64,000 nt of DNA from Eledone cirrhosa. Lineage: Eukaryota. The position numbers and the translations under genes were made by a program. Of the stretch, positions 62,656-64,000 are shown in pieces (within the stretch, counting starts at the first letter, position 1; each line of letters begins with the position of its first letter). The notes beneath the pieces were generated by a model. That model worked only from the letters and a program-made list of their open reading frames with translations, had not been told where the DNA came from and did not search any database. Location: positions 46,314,001-46,378,000 of the forward strand of contig OZ024744.1 of NCBI GenBank assembly GCA_964016885.1. The letters are read 5' to 3'.

Positions 62656-63999
62656 ATCAATGATCATCTCAATGATCATCTCCACACATCTTTCCACACA
62701 TCTTTTCACAGCAAAATCAATGTTAATGGATGGGTACAGTGACACCACATCCATGCTGCCTATTATGCAGTTGGATAGGCTCCTGTTTTTGTTGCACTCA
62801 CTGATTCTGCTGAGGAGGTCCTCTGTACTTTCACATACATCTGGGGACATCTTGATTATGGGGCGTATAACCATTGAGAGGAAGTAGGAGATCCTGTAGT
62901 TGATAGCTATATTAGCTCCGCATACGGGTCTTGTTGGTGGTCCTGTTGTCGGGTCGTCGACTGTCTTGTGGTCTTTGCGGAGCCCATACAAGGGTGGTAT
63001 GCCATTGTTAGACGCCTGGAAGTTGTTGGCAGTGCGTCTGCTTGGCTTTAGGATGTTAGTCCACATCATCATGTGAGCGTTGAGGATTTTTTCTCTCCCA
63101 TCGTGTGTTTGTTGTGCAACTTCGCTCGTGTTGGTGATGTGGGGTTGCATAGCCTCGATGTAGTTCGGCATGCTATCTATTGACATCCTACCAGACTTAT
63201 CTGTGGGTAGACACACTACCTCACCATCCCTTGTGCGCTGCTTGAGGCTAACCAAGCTTTCTACAGGTTTCCTCCCAAGTTGTTGGGCCTCTGGTCTGCT
63301 CTGTCTCTTAGTATACCTGTCTACTACTTGTCTAATCTTATTTCTAGCTATGGTGAACTGTGCCTCTGTCTCGTCATCTATTTGTTGTGGTATGCAAACT
63401 CTTTTATTAAATGGTAACCTCGTAGGATAGATATTACCCATCTTATATGTTTTGTCGGCTGGGTTGAAAAATAGTTTTTCTAAGGGGTTGTCATTATATC
63501 TATCGTCATAGTTGTGTGTGTTGCTATTGTTGTTATCAGGGTGGTTGTTGTTGTTTCTATCATTAGCATTATTATTATTGTTATGATTGCTAGATGTATT
63601 GTTGTTTACTTCACCGTTATTGTTGTTGTTGTTACTGTTATTTCTACCATTGTGGTTGTTACTTTTATTATGTTTCTTGTTTTTGTTGATGTTGCTACAT
63701 GTACTATTTCCATTATTACCACTGTGGTTATTGTTGTTGTTGTTCGTATTGTTACCGTTACTACTACTGTGGTCGCTGTTGCTGTGTCTGTGGTTAATGT
63801 TTCTATTATTATTATTATTGTGGTTGTTGTTGTTCTGTCTATCGCTAGTATTATTACCATTATCACTATTTCTCACTTTCCTGCCATTGTTATGGTTCTG
63901 GCTGTTATTTCTATACCCATAGTTATTGTTTATATTACTACTACCGTTATTATTGTTGTTGTTGTTGTTTACCTTTGCATTCCAACGTATTTTTGTGAA
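61339..63999 (-). CDS. Chimeric PLE ORF: family-B-like N-half fused to Hydra-like thumb + GIY-YIG, no YxDD
   Basis: Frame open to the window edge (FTKIRW...). B-like up to SMDVVSLYPSI...CVEMII, then HKPNEILSYVSPNSNHPKS. Confidence 0.8.
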   Translation of the reverse strand, partial: FTKIRWNAKVNNNNNNNNGSSNINNNYGYRNNSQNHNNGRKVRNSDNGNNTSDRQNNNNHNNNNNRNINHRHSNSDHSSSNGNNTNNNNNNHSGNNGNSTCSNINKNKKHNKSNNHNGRNNSNNNNNNGEVNNNTSSNHNNNNNANDRNNNNHPDNNNSNTHNYDDRYNDNPLEKLFFNPADKTYKMGNIYPTRLPFNKRVCIPQQIDDETEAQFTIARNKIRQVVDRYTKRQSRPEAQQLGRKPVESLVSLKQRTRDGEVVCLPTDKSGRMSIDSMPNYIEAMQPHITNTSEVAQQTHDGREKILNAHMMMWTNILKPSRRTANNFQASNNGIPPLYGLRKDHKTVDDPTTGPPTRPVCGANIAINYRISYFLSMVIRPIIKMSPDVCESTEDLLSRISECNKNRSLSNCIIGSMDVVSLYPSINIDFAVKRCVERCVEMIIEMIIDHKPNEILSYVSPNSNHPKSMIRSIINGVSNRISTLSKDVGIFNAHAEYYNNALANSGYSGKIHYNNSNLRKSPLTYNNNNIISHNMAMNGSRKHKNRRNHIGVSEPIHGLSHRTRSRESNTPRNQVEPSERSPIGNTFDIPNSNNVVSTDPIIGPNPFDMTPDGGKYTRGRNRKRLNRVSADSSNAVLTNPCSNPNLNNRTLNNGRVGKDKNRRRLNTYVIKLSFSTTPNISSHLASTNNGKIRDGYSSLRTTSQNRSVNALPPEQTLSHSNPTCDISLLQPINNTRKCNCRVSANCPLNGNCLSKNIVYACVVKTNSLNSTYIGSTSNTFKTRFNSHISNFKHVKFKNSTSLAHHIWDLKGANIPYSLSWRIVARSNNLSTHTKFCNLCILETHSIIFSRETLLNRKSEIFSSCPQAISNSYFYYKPKGSSSVNCIH

Positions 64000-64000
64000 A

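Overview
Animal, very AT-rich, (TA)n-studded DNA. The [17 protein letters not shown] zinc-finger style and the tRNA/CORE SINEs with RTE-type (ATG)n tails suggest an octopus/coleoid genome (inference). Bases 1-1307 hold a disrupted C2H2 zinc-finger array. The remainder is almost entirely retroelements inserted into microsatellites: a near-intact R4/Dong-type RLE LINE in (TAA)n, a near-full-length RTE-group LINE, two CR1/L2-group LINE copies, SINEs, a Tc1/mariner end, and at least 10 distinct Penelope-like element (PLE) or PLE-like families (letters A-M are my labels). Most notable: (1) about 25-30 minimal type I hammerhead ribozyme motifs, with non-canonical cores including a U3-A8 compensatory core in two unrelated sequence contexts; (2) a repeated rule in which inverted PLE insertions have one arm with a family-specific 3' tail and one without; (3) a ~440-bp ORF-less, hammerhead-bearing, terminally redundant retrozyme-like unit; (4) an open frame of at least 886 codons fusing the N-half of one PLE family to the GIY-YIG C-half of another, with no RT YxDD. 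All coordinates were read by eye and are approximate.
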